NCBI GenBank assembly: GCA_030636025.1
Contig: DAOVXQ010000001.1
Span: 24,791-88,790, forward strand
DNA: 64,000 nucleotides
Direction of reading: 5' to 3'
From: an archaeon
Lineage (GTDB): Archaea > Nanobdellota > Nanobdellia > Pacearchaeales > GW2011-AR1
The notes beneath the pieces are model-generated. The model did not search any database. It was given only the letters and a program-made list of their open reading frames with translations, and was not told the DNA's origin. The position numbers were made by a program, and so were the translations under genes. Positions 20,523 to 30,013 of the stretch are shown in pieces; within the stretch, counting starts at the first letter, position 1; each line of letters begins with the position of its first letter.

Positions 20523-20620
20523 TTTTAATTAGTTTATAATAAATTTTTCTAACTTACCTTTTTTTATATAAGCACCATAAGCAAATGATTTAAAAAGATT
20601 ATGAAATTAAGATACATGTT

Positions 20621-21091
20621 TTAAGAAAAAATTTTTTCCTTATTGTAATTTATAAACTCTTTAACAAAATCACTTAAATTTATGTTTCTTAATTCATCTA
20701 ATCTAAAATAGCCTGCTTTTTGGCCCTCTGTTATTTTTTTATTTATATGATCTATATTCTCAAGTATCCTGCCTTTGAAAAATTGGATTTCTTCCAAAGG
20801 ACCTTTAATTCTTTTTAATTCATATGGGCCATTTATCCAGTAGTTAGCTATCCTCAAATTTCTTATTTCAACAAATCCTTTTCCTATCTGTTTTATAGAT
20901 TTAATTAGACAGCCAGGCAATTCTTCATCCAGTTCCCTTTCAATTCCTGCAAAAATATTTTCTCCTTTTTCTATGCCCCCTCCAAATAAATCCCAAGTCC
21001 CAGGTTCAATTACTTTAGGTTTATTGTCTCTTAATTGAAGTAGAAATTGGTTTTTGTTATTTAGTAATATTATTTTAGCTACATTTTTCAT
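20621..21091 (-). CDS. NUDIX hydrolase
   Basis: LLQLRD, WDLFGGGIEKGENIFAGIERELDEEL. Start placed at the TAAAATG junction (21091). Confidence 0.85.
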   Translation of the reverse strand: MKNVAKIILLNNKNQFLLQLRDNKPKVIEPGTWDLFGGGIEKGENIFAGIERELDEELPGCLIKSIKQIGKGFVEIRNLRIANYWINGPYELKRIKGPLEEIQFFKGRILENIDHINKKITEGQKAGYFRLDELRNINLSDFVKEFINYNKEKIFS

Positions 21092-21092
21092 T

Positions 21093-21617
21093 TTACTCTT
21101 TGTCATATAAATCTCTCCTTTCAATAATCATACAAGGTTCTTTAAATTTTTTTGCATACTCATAGGAATGTTTTAATTCATAAGTATTTTTAGGATCATA
21201 AACTGGAAAATTAAATCTTGCTTTAAAAAAATCTGAAAAATCTTGTGAATGTTGTGGTCCGGGATTAATTGGATTCATTGAGCCTATTACTGCCCTTATT
21301 ATCATTGGGGCATTATATTGTTGATTTGATAAAATAGGCAATTTATCTAAATAATTAACTAAGGAATCTAAAGCATTTAACATAAAATCATGCCTCTCAA
21401 AAATTAAAACAGGTTTAAATCCTTCTATAGCCATCCCAGTTGCTAAACCTGTCATTAAATTTTCTGCCACAGGGGATTCTAAAATTTTTGATTTTGGAAT
21501 ATCTTTTAATGAACCATATCCTTTTGAACCATGTTTTAGATTATATCCAATAAAAATTGCTTTTTCGTCCTTAGCTATTTCTTCCATCGAATTTTTTATA
21601 ATATCTTTATATTTCAT
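21093..21617 (-). CDS. TPP-dependent E1 beta-like subunit, pyrimidine-binding domain only (174 aa)
   Basis: ESPVAENLMTGLATG, RHDF..ALDSLVN, GPQHSQD. Confidence 0.8.
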   Translation of the reverse strand: MKYKDIIKNSMEEIAKDEKAIFIGYNLKHGSKGYGSLKDIPKSKILESPVAENLMTGLATGMAIEGFKPVLIFERHDFMLNALDSLVNYLDKLPILSNQQYNAPMIIRAVIGSMNPINPGPQHSQDFSDFFKARFNFPVYDPKNTYELKHSYEYAKKFKEPCMIIERRDLYDKE

Positions 21618-22241
21618 TTACATTGTACTCCCTATTTTACCTTTTGAAAAATTAACAAATTTATCTGTTCCTGCATGAAGTGTTGTTGGATTATAGTGGT
21701 ATCTTCTTACACAAGATGGCCAATTTATCTGACAAGTTCCATATCTTTCAATTTTAGTGGTTTCAACAGACCTATCATTATCCTCAATAATAAATGTGCA
21801 GGGAAGATTATGTCCTTCAACATATCTTACTGCTTCATAAAAATGCCCCTCATCCTCTGCACCATCTCCTACAAAACACCAAACTTTACTTTCACTTTTC
21901 TTTCTTTTTAATGCCCAAGCAATTCCTGTTGCAACTGCAGGAGTTCCAGCAACAATTGCAGAAGAAAGAAAGTTTATGGCTTTATTATGGGGATGCATAC
22001 TTTCTCCTTTTAATATCTTTTCTTCTAATTCTTTTGGAGACCCTCCTTTTAATAAATAATGATAATGTGAACGATGTGTAGAAAAAACATAATCTTCTGG
22101 TTGAATTTCTTTAAATATTTCTATTAATTGATTTTCATTACCTCCAGAAAGGTGAATATAATAAGGTATTTTTGCATCTTCCCATAATGTTTTTATATGT
22201 TTTTCAAAATCGATTAATTCTTGTTTAGTGACGTGTTCCAT
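21618..22241 (-). CDS. TPP-dependent E1 alpha-like subunit, miniature (207 aa)
   Basis: IHLSGGNE, FSTHRSHYH, SAIVAG, GDGAEDEG...EDND. Confidence 0.85.
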   Translation of the reverse strand: MEHVTKQELIDFEKHIKTLWEDAKIPYYIHLSGGNENQLIEIFKEIQPEDYVFSTHRSHYHYLLKGGSPKELEEKILKGESMHPHNKAINFLSSAIVAGTPAVATGIAWALKRKKSESKVWCFVGDGAEDEGHFYEAVRYVEGHNLPCTFIIEDNDRSVETTKIERYGTCQINWPSCVRRYHYNPTTLHAGTDKFVNFSKGKIGSTM

Positions 22242-22251
22242 TTTTATATTT

Positions 22252-23376
22252 TTAGATAAAATTAATGTGTTGAGGGGGTTTGCCCTCAGGTTTTGTTATG
22301 TTTAAATTATTTTCTTTTATGTCCCAAAGATATTCATTAACTTTATGTTGAAGGCAAAGGGTTCCACACATTTTTTTTGCATCAAATTTAGATGAAGAAA
22401 TTAAATCCATAACTTTATCATATCTTTTACTTTGCCAAATATCTTTAAAAGAATTTTCAGCGATATTTCCAATGTGATATTTTTTATATTTATCATTAAA
22501 TAACATCCCACAAGGAGCAACTAATCCAGAACCAGACATTTGCAATATAAATCGAGGACCATAGCATTTAGAATATTTTCTTTCCCCTCCACTCATTATT
22601 TTAGACCATTTTGCTTTAACAAGATAATCTTTTGTAGAATTAGATTCTGCTACCTGTAATATCTCCTTAAGTTCATAATATTTATTATAATCAATACCCA
22701 AGGTCCCATCTTCATCATCGCTACAATGTTTAATAACTAAATAATCTACTTTTAACTCTTTTCCTAAATTAACAAGAGGGATTATTTGATCTTTAAATTC
22801 TGGCATTAGGACCATTTGTAATCCTATTGTTGTCTCTAATTTTTTCTCTTTTTTTAATTTTGTAGTTTCTTTTACAATGTTTTTAAATTTATAAAAATCA
22901 TTTTCCCTACAACCATGAATTTCTTTATATCTTTGTGGCTCCCCGGCAGAAACATTAAACCTTAAATAAGTAAGTGCAGGAAGAATCTCCTCTAATTTTT
23001 CTTTTTTTAAAAGAACCCCATTTGTTCCTAATGCCATATCAAGCCCATTTTTTTTACCATGAATTATTGCATCATAAAGATAAGGAGAACAAGTACTTTC
23101 ACCATCACTAACAAAACTTATTGCTTTTACACCAATCTCTGCAACATCATCTAAAAATCTAAAAATTACATCCCTAGTCATTCTTTTTTCATCATTTGCC
23201 TGTAATTGCCCATAACAATAAACACATTTATAATTGCATTTTCGGGTTAATGCACAATCAATTGTTATTGGGGCTATTTTTTCTCCTTTTAACCAAGCAT
23301 TAACCCTATCTGAATGCCAGGCTAATTTTTGCCCATCTAATATTAATCCTTTTTCTTGTTCAAATTTATTTTCCAT
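22252..23376 (-). CDS. Radical SAM/SPASM domain protein
   Basis: RKCNYKCVYC, GTNG; CYG..GLVAPC..IGNI..FKDIW..CGTLC; paralog of 19467-20522. Confidence 0.9.
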   Translation of the reverse strand: MENKFEQEKGLILDGQKLAWHSDRVNAWLKGEKIAPITIDCALTRKCNYKCVYCYGQLQANDEKRMTRDVIFRFLDDVAEIGVKAISFVSDGESTCSPYLYDAIIHGKKNGLDMALGTNGVLLKKEKLEEILPALTYLRFNVSAGEPQRYKEIHGCRENDFYKFKNIVKETTKLKKEKKLETTIGLQMVLMPEFKDQIIPLVNLGKELKVDYLVIKHCSDDEDGTLGIDYNKYYELKEILQVAESNSTKDYLVKAKWSKIMSGGERKYSKCYGPRFILQMSGSGLVAPCGMLFNDKYKKYHIGNIAENSFKDIWQSKRYDKVMDLISSSKFDAKKMCGTLCLQHKVNEYLWDIKENNLNITKPEGKPPQHINFI

Positions 23377-23415
23377 AGATTTTCCTATTCATTTTTATTT
23401 TTAAAGATTATTGAG

Positions 23416-24378
23416 TTATATTAGGGGCTTTTCAATATATTCAAGTAATTTATTGTGAACATCATTAATACTTATTTGATTTATACAATCTCCCTCATTT
23501 TCACAAAACTCTTTAAAACAAGGGGCGCAAGAAGGATAGGGGTTTGGTAAAAGTGCCTGCCCCCTACCATAAAATTCAATCTCTAAATGAGGGGTGGGTC
23601 CAAATAAACCTAACGTTCTTTTTTTTAATGCAATTCCTAGATGTAATCCTAAACTATCATTACTAATAATTACATTACATGAATTAATCCAATCAATATA
23701 TTTTTCAAGGTTTTTTAAAACTTCTTTTGATTGTTTATTCTGCCTGGTTACCTTAAACCCTTCTTTTTTTAGTCTAATTTCTAATTTATCCCAGTTTTGA
23801 TTAGACCATGCTTTAGTTGGCCATTTTTGTCCAACCAATACATTAAGGCCTATATCATATTTTTCATTTGTTTTCGGAGAATATCCTAAAATATATTCCT
23901 CATCCTTCCAGGTCTGCCCCACCATTTCAAATAATAATTTTTGAGTTGTTTTTTTATTTATTTTTTTAGCATCTGGGTTTGAACTAACTGCAAGAACTTC
24001 TGAGGCCCGATCATATGCTTCAGCCATATTAGTTTTTTTATCAAATCTAAACCCATATTTTTTCCATGCATCAATCTTGCCAGAGAATTTACAAATATCA
24101 GGATTTTTTTCAAGATTTATAAGAGTATCAAAAGATTCTTCTAATAACTGCATTGCATATGTAAAATCAAGAGGAATCAATCTGTCAATGTGGGGATTTC
24201 TTTTAAGTAATGGCATTGCCTCCAAATCTGTAATCCATGTAACTTCCTCATTTTTATATAGATGTAACAACGGGGTTGTTCTTAGAACATCCCCTAAGCT
24301 TACTCTTCTTACTTCAGTTTTATTATCTAAAAATTCAGAATACCCTGTTTTAATTATCAACACCTTATGCCTTAACAT
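23416..24378 (-). CDS. Glycosyltransferase family 9 (heptosyltransferase-like)
   Basis: SLGDVLRTTP, WPTKAW, ISNDSLGLHL, GLFGPT, C-terminal CAPC..C..C. Confidence 0.85.
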   Translation of the reverse strand: MLRHKVLIIKTGYSEFLDNKTEVRRVSLGDVLRTTPLLHLYKNEEVTWITDLEAMPLLKRNPHIDRLIPLDFTYAMQLLEESFDTLINLEKNPDICKFSGKIDAWKKYGFRFDKKTNMAEAYDRASEVLAVSSNPDAKKINKKTTQKLLFEMVGQTWKDEEYILGYSPKTNEKYDIGLNVLVGQKWPTKAWSNQNWDKLEIRLKKEGFKVTRQNKQSKEVLKNLEKYIDWINSCNVIISNDSLGLHLGIALKKRTLGLFGPTPHLEIEFYGRGQALLPNPYPSCAPCFKEFCENEGDCINQISINDVHNKLLEYIEKPLI

Positions 24379-24479
24379 TAATATAATTTTCAATTTTACT
24401 TTATAAAAATTATGTATTTCTCATAACTATTATATTTTACATTAGATAAGATTTTAAATGATAAAATATCCTTAAACCC

Positions 24480-25022
24480 ATGAAAAAGAATCCAATTAAA
24501 CTTAATCTCGGGGGCGGAAAAAAAAAGATTCCAGGATTTCTTAATGTAGATTTGGTCAAAACATCTAAAACAGATGTAGTTCATGATTTGAATATTTTTC
24601 CATGGCCATTTAAAGATAACTCTGTAGATGCAATAGTTATGAATAATATTTTAGAACACTTGAAAGATATAACCTCTGTGATGAAAGAATTATGGAGAAT
24701 TTCTAAAAATAAAACAAAAATAAAAATTAATGTGCCCCATTTTGCAAGTTTAGGTGCTTATGTGGACCCAACACATTACCATTTTTTTACATATTATTCT
24801 TTTGAAGTTTATACTAACGAAAGCTGTAAAAAAAGTTTTGATATTTTTGATTATTATACAGATAAAGAAAAATTTAAGATTTTAAAAAGAAAAATCACTT
24901 ACCCAAAAGGGCTAATTTTATTTGAATGGATAGCAAATAAATATCCCAAATTACATGAAACTTTATTAAGAAAATTTTTACCAGTTAGAAATCTAGAATT
25001 TGATTTGGAGGTAGAAAAATGA
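24480..25022 (+). CDS. SAM-dependent methyltransferase (type 11-like)
   Basis: LNLGGG, NVD, HDLNIFPWPFKDNSVD, LEHL, DPTH. Confidence 0.85.
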   Translation: MKKNPIKLNLGGGKKKIPGFLNVDLVKTSKTDVVHDLNIFPWPFKDNSVDAIVMNNILEHLKDITSVMKELWRISKNKTKIKINVPHFASLGAYVDPTHYHFFTYYSFEVYTNESCKKSFDIFDYYTDKEKFKILKRKITYPKGLILFEWIANKYPKLHETLLRKFLPVRNLEFDLEVEK

Positions 25023-25073
25023 AAATTAAAAATAATTTTCAGTTATTTATCTTAAGAGGCAAAACTTCATAAA

Positions 25074-26165
25074 ATGAAAAAGAAAATTTTAATATTATCA
25101 AATTATTCTGCAGGGATTTGTGGGGTGTGGCAAAGGGCAAAAGTAGAGGCAGCAGAATTTAAAAAAAGAGGATATGAAGTTTATATTTTTTCTAGTAATG
25201 CTATAAAGGGCAACAATAAATTAGCCAAACCAGTAGATTTTTATGAAGGAGTTAAAATAAAAAGATTTCCATTTAAGATGCTTGGAGGAGAAAGTTATAT
25301 GAAATGGAATTTTGAAAAACAAGCAATAAAATTAAAGCCAGATATAATTCTCGCGCATAATTATAGGCATATTCATACAAAAAAAGCTCTTAAGGTAGCT
25401 AAAAAAATAAATGCCAAATGTTTTTTGATAACTCATGCCCCATTTGTGAAAAATAGGTCCTTTCTTCCAAAGATAATTATTAAATTAAAAGATTTTTTTA
25501 ATAATTTAAATAAATTTGATAAAGTGGTTACAATTAGTAAATGGGAAATCCCGATTTTATTAAAATTAGGGTGTAAAAAAAGCAAAATAGTTCACATTCC
25601 TAATTCAATTCCAAATGAATTTTTCACTCAAAAAAAAGCAAAACAGCAAAAAAAGATTTTATATCTTGGACGAATTCATCCAAGAAAAGATTTAGCAACC
25701 TTAATGAAGGGATTTAAAAATTCTAATCTGGAAAAAGATTATGAATTAGAGATAGTTGGATTAAAAGAAGAAAATTATTATAAACAGCTTCTTAACCTTA
25801 AAAATAATTTAAATTTAAATGTAACATTTACAGAGCCAATTTTTGATTTAAGAGAAAAAATCAAAAAATTTGATTCTGCAGAAATTATGGTTTTACCTTC
25901 AAGATTTGAACCATTTGGAATAGTTTTTTTAGAATCAATGGCAAGAGGGAAAATAACTATTGCATCAAACACGCAAGGAGCAAAAGAATTAATTCAAAAT
26001 GAAAAAGAGGGTTTTATTTTTGAGGTAGGAGATTATATTAAATTAAGAGAAATTTTAAATAATGTGGCAGGCAAAAAATTAGATACCATTAAAAAACAGG
26101 CAATAATTTCTACAAAGAAATTTCATGTTTCTAATATTATTAATAAATGGGAAGAATTATTTTAA
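25074..26165 (+). CDS. Glycosyltransferase family 4
   Basis: YLGRIHPRKD, LPSRFEPFGIVFLESMARG. Confidence 0.9.
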   Translation: MKKKILILSNYSAGICGVWQRAKVEAAEFKKRGYEVYIFSSNAIKGNNKLAKPVDFYEGVKIKRFPFKMLGGESYMKWNFEKQAIKLKPDIILAHNYRHIHTKKALKVAKKINAKCFLITHAPFVKNRSFLPKIIIKLKDFFNNLNKFDKVVTISKWEIPILLKLGCKKSKIVHIPNSIPNEFFTQKKAKQQKKILYLGRIHPRKDLATLMKGFKNSNLEKDYELEIVGLKEENYYKQLLNLKNNLNLNVTFTEPIFDLREKIKKFDSAEIMVLPSRFEPFGIVFLESMARGKITIASNTQGAKELIQNEKEGFIFEVGDYIKLREILNNVAGKKLDTIKKQAIISTKKFHVSNIINKWEELF

Positions 26166-26166
26166 A

Positions 26167-27024
26167 CTATGATTTTTTTAAGGTTAGGAAAATGCTTTCT
26201 CCAGGAATAATTTTGCCAAATAAGATTATATCTAAATAAGAAATAAAACTCAAGATTCCAAAAAAAAGTTGAAATAAAAATTTCGGTTTTTTAATTCTTT
26301 TTAATTTATCTTTTATTACCTGCCCTTCCCTCGTAGCCTTTTTTCCGGAAATTTTATCTATTATTTTAGATGATTCATCTTTCATAAAATCAGTTAACTG
26401 CTGGAATATCACACTGTAATGATAATAATTTTCAATTTCTAATCCATTATTTTTTATTAATTTTTTCATTGCACTAAATTTTAATCTGTTCAAATGACCT
26501 TCTTTAGCCTCTAATTCCATAAGATTTTTATTTTCTTTTTGCATTTTTCCAAAAATTCTGTTTATGCTTAAACGCACACCCTGCCCATATTGGGATGTGA
26601 AAATTATTATTCTCCCATCTTTTTTTAAAACTCTTTTAAGTTCACTAAGTAATTTATTTAAGTCCTCTGGGGATATATGCTCAAAAACATCAGCAAGAAG
26701 AATGCAATCTACAGAATCTGAGTTTAAGGGAATTTCAGTTACAGAACCTTGCTTTTTGATTATTTCCTTTTCAGGAATTCTTTTTAATGCCTCATTTGAG
26801 ATATCTAAAACAATAACTTTTTTAAAATTCTTTAAAAAATAAAAAGCCCAGTTACCAACTCCCCCTCCAGCATCAAGAAAAACTTCTTTGTTTTTTACTT
26901 TTGAAGCTTCTTTTTTAAATATTTTTAATTTTACATAATTACTAAACCACTTATATTCAGAACGATTAATTGTCCAAAAATCTTCCTTATACTTGCCATC
27001 ATTGTATTTTTTATAATCAAACAT
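26167..27024 (-). CDS. Class I SAM-dependent methyltransferase
   Basis: FLDAGGGVG, VLDIS, DVFEHI, LKRVLKKDG. Confidence 0.85.
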   Translation of the reverse strand: MFDYKKYNDGKYKEDFWTINRSEYKWFSNYVKLKIFKKEASKVKNKEVFLDAGGGVGNWAFYFLKNFKKVIVLDISNEALKRIPEKEIIKKQGSVTEIPLNSDSVDCILLADVFEHISPEDLNKLLSELKRVLKKDGRIIIFTSQYGQGVRLSINRIFGKMQKENKNLMELEAKEGHLNRLKFSAMKKLIKNNGLEIENYYHYSVIFQQLTDFMKDESSKIIDKISGKKATREGQVIKDKLKRIKKPKFLFQLFFGILSFISYLDIILFGKIIPGESIFLTLKKS

Positions 27025-27072
27025 CTTTTTTATTATAAAATAGATTTTATAAATTTTGTTATTAAAAACAAA

Positions 27073-27462
27073 TTATTCTGAGGCATGATTAACCTTAACA
27101 TCTAAATATCCAATTCCAATCGCCCGAACAATATCACTTTTTATCCCAACCCTTTTACCATTAAGTTCCCTTATAGAAATAGCTCTTTTTCCAACATCTT
27201 CTAAACTTAAATTTTCTAGTTGTCCTTTTCTAATATCCGATTCTAAATCCCAAATTTTTCCATTTATTTCATATAAATCATTATGCCATTTTAATGTTTG
27301 TTCTTCTGAACAAATTTGTTGCCCAATATAAACACCTATTTCTTGACTATAATCCATTATTTCCCTAGAAAGGCGATGCTTTGTATCTAAATCTGGAATC
27401 CGTTCTACTTTTAATTGAATAATAGAACGCTTATCAAGCAATTCATCTAATGGATATCTCAT
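27073..27462 (-). CDS. DUF6165-like hypothetical protein
   Basis: ELLDKRSIIQLK.ERI, LYEINGKIWDLESDIR, NGKRVGIK. ATG at 27462. Confidence 0.65.
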   Translation of the reverse strand: MRYPLDELLDKRSIIQLKVERIPDLDTKHRLSREIMDYSQEIGVYIGQQICSEEQTLKWHNDLYEINGKIWDLESDIRKGQLENLSLEDVGKRAISIRELNGKRVGIKSDIVRAIGIGYLDVKVNHASE

Positions 27463-27516
27463 TTTTATATAGGACACCTTAATTATATTTAAAAGCATTA
27501 TGAAGGTTAGATATTA

Positions 27517-28404
27517 ATGATTTCAATAATCATAACTGCATTTAAAGAACCAGAGACAATTAGAAAATCAATTGAATCAGCCCTTAATCAAAAAACAAAT
27601 TATAAATATGAAATTTTAGTTTCTGCACCAGATGAGGAAACATTAAATATTGCTAAAAAATATGAAAAAAAAGATAAAAGATTAAAAGTTTTCCAAGACC
27701 CTGGAAAAGGTAAAAGTTATGCTTTAAATTTAATTTTCCAAAAAATAAAAACAGACATATTAATTTTGACAGACGGAGATGTTATTATGTCTAATAATTC
27801 TGTAGACGAGATAGCAAATTTATTTTTAAATCCAGAAATTGGATGTGTAGCCGGAAGACCTATTTCAATTGAAGATCAAAAAACAAAATATGGTTTTTGG
27901 GCTAATTTTTTATTTAATGCAGCACATAAATTAAGAAAACAATCTTTTAAATCAAATTCTTTTATTGAATGTTCTGGATATTTATTTGCATTCAGAAAAA
28001 ACAAAATCAAACAAATTCCATTAGATGTAGCAGAAGATGCAGTAATCCCTTATATGTTTTGGGAAAAAGGATATAAAATTGGTTATGCAGAAAATGCAAA
28101 AGTTTATGTTAAAAATGTTGATAACTGGAATGATTGGATAAAACAAAAAACAAGAACTTCCAAGGCGCATGAAACTTTACATAAGTATGTAGATATAAAA
28201 TCAACACCACGGATTAAATCATTTAAAACAGAAACAAAAGGAATTTTTGATGTTTTGAAATATCCAAAAACTCCAAAAGAGGTTTTCTGGACATTTCAAT
28301 TAATTTTAGCAAGATTATATATGTGGATTAGTGTATTTAAGGATACAAAATTAAAAAATAAGCACTATGAGGATGCTTGGGAAAGGGCTGAATCAACAAA
28401 ATAA
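27517..28404 (+). CDS. Glycosyltransferase family 2
   Basis: ISIIITAFKE, GKSYALN, LTDGD, AEDA, QKTR. Confidence 0.85.
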   Translation: MISIIITAFKEPETIRKSIESALNQKTNYKYEILVSAPDEETLNIAKKYEKKDKRLKVFQDPGKGKSYALNLIFQKIKTDILILTDGDVIMSNNSVDEIANLFLNPEIGCVAGRPISIEDQKTKYGFWANFLFNAAHKLRKQSFKSNSFIECSGYLFAFRKNKIKQIPLDVAEDAVIPYMFWEKGYKIGYAENAKVYVKNVDNWNDWIKQKTRTSKAHETLHKYVDIKSTPRIKSFKTETKGIFDVLKYPKTPKEVFWTFQLILARLYMWISVFKDTKLKNKHYEDAWERAESTK

Positions 28405-28418
28405 AAAGGAACTAAATA

Positions 28419-29087
28419 ATGAAAAAACAAATAATCCATTTTAATAATTTTAATCTTGTAAGGGCAGATAAGAATTGTAATGTTCCTTTAATTTCTGATA
28501 AAGAGAAAGAAAAATATATCAAAAAATTCAAACAAAATAATTGGCATAATGGGGAATTATCCACTGCAGATAATTATGATTTTAGGGACGATAAAATATA
28601 CTATGGGAAATCAAATTTTTACGATTTTCTTATATGCCATGAAATAAAACAAAATATTTCACCAATTATTTCTTTAAATGCAATTATAGAGGTAGGAGAT
28701 AATATTATTTTAATAAAACGTCCAAATAATGTTTCAAGTTATGCAGGGTGGTGGGATTTTCCTGCAGGAATGGTTTATTTCAAGGACAATTCACTAAAAG
28801 AAAGATTATATAATAGAATAATGGATGATACAAAAATAAAAAAACACGAACTAGACATAAAAAAAAGAATCGCTCCTGCGATTACATTAGATGGGATGGC
28901 TCTTAATTTTTTTTATGTTTTAAAATATAAAAAATCAAAAACAGAGTTAGAATCTTTTTTCAAAGATAATTTTAAAGAAGATAGGCCAATTATTCTAAAA
29001 AAATCAAAAATCAATGAATTTTTGAATAATAATCCTGTAGTTTTTTCAGAAATTTTAGATAAAGAATTTATTTCTCACATAGAATAA
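28419..29087 (+). CDS. NUDIX-fold protein with a degenerate Nudix box
   Basis: IILIKR..YAGWWDFPAG followed by RIMDDT instead of REuxEE. Confidence 0.5.
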   Translation: MKKQIIHFNNFNLVRADKNCNVPLISDKEKEKYIKKFKQNNWHNGELSTADNYDFRDDKIYYGKSNFYDFLICHEIKQNISPIISLNAIIEVGDNIILIKRPNNVSSYAGWWDFPAGMVYFKDNSLKERLYNRIMDDTKIKKHELDIKKRIAPAITLDGMALNFFYVLKYKKSKTELESFFKDNFKEDRPIILKKSKINEFLNNNPVVFSEILDKEFISHIE

Positions 29088-30013
29088 TCTTTCCTTGCCC
29101 ATTCAATTGTTTGTTTTAATCCTTCTTTTAAACAATATTTTGGAGTCCAATCTAAAAATTTTTTAGTTTTTTTCATATCTGCGACCCAAATCTTAGAATC
29201 ATAATCTCTTTTTTTATATGCCCCCAAATTAATTTTACTTTTTGAATTTGTAATTTCTATCACATTTTTAACAACTTCTAAAACTCTTGTCTGAATCCCA
29301 ACCCCCACATTAAAAATTTCCCCCCTAAATTCATTTGCTTTTTCAATAGAGTTTAAATACAAATCCATAACATCTTCAATAAAAACAAAATCCCGCCCAA
29401 AGTCTTGATTTACAATATCAATATCCTGATGTTTCAATGCTTTTGAAATAACTGTAGGTATTAATCTATTTTTATAATCAAAAGGCCCATAAGGAGAAAA
29501 TAATCTTAAGGAAACTATTGGTTTGTTTTTTGTTTTAACCATCATTTGCCCATATTTTGTAGCAGCATTTTTTGTTATTCCATACATATTTATTGGAATA
29601 CAGACATCATCTTCTTTCATTGGTTTATTTTTTATACCATATTCCGAAGAACTCCCAGTATTGACAAAACAAGAATAATCCACAGAATTACAAGAATCAA
29701 TTAAGTTTTTAGTGCCTATAAAATTTGTTTTGAATAAATTTTCATCACTGGCCTGAACCCCCCCATATATTCCTTGTGTTGCTAAATGAAAAATAATATT
29801 TGGTTTAATTTCTTTGACAATGTAAGATAATTTTTCTTTCTCTTTTAAATCTACAACATATTCATTTAATTTTGATAAAATATTTTCTAATCTCCATTTA
29901 TTAGATGTTTTTCGAGTTAAAATATGAATCTCATAATCATTAATTAATTTTCTCACAAGATTTGAACCAACAAATCCTGTTGCTCCCGTAACAAGTATTC
30001 TTTCAATTTTCAT
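29075..30013 (-). CDS. NAD-dependent epimerase/dehydratase/reductase (NDP-sugar)
   Basis: TGATGFVG, GSSSEYG, YGITK, RLFSPYGP, RDFVFIED. Confidence 0.85.
   Translation of the reverse strand: MKIERILVTGATGFVGSNLVRKLINDYEIHILTRKTSNKWRLENILSKLNEYVVDLKEKEKLSYIVKEIKPNIIFHLATQGIYGGVQASDENLFKTNFIGTKNLIDSCNSVDYSCFVNTGSSSEYGIKNKPMKEDDVCIPINMYGITKNAATKYGQMMVKTKNKPIVSLRLFSPYGPFDYKNRLIPTVISKALKHQDIDIVNQDFGRDFVFIEDVMDLYLNSIEKANEFRGEIFNVGVGIQTRVLEVVKNVIEITNSKSKINLGAYKKRDYDSKIWVADMKKTKKFLDWTPKYCLKEGLKQTIEWARKDYSM

Noticed and set aside
10581..22241. Pyruvate dehydrogenase complex
   Set aside because: Subunits are far too short, there are two pairs, no E2/E3 or lipoyl genes are present, and the context is sugar biosynthesis.
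2721..22241. Classical phosphonate biosynthesis cluster
   Set aside because: No PEP mutase (EDK...NS motif) was seen in the window; only the analogy is reported.
24396..24584. 62-aa minus-strand ORF upstream of the GT9
   Set aside because: Overlaps the methyltransferase antisense and the divergent promoter region; no protein-like features.
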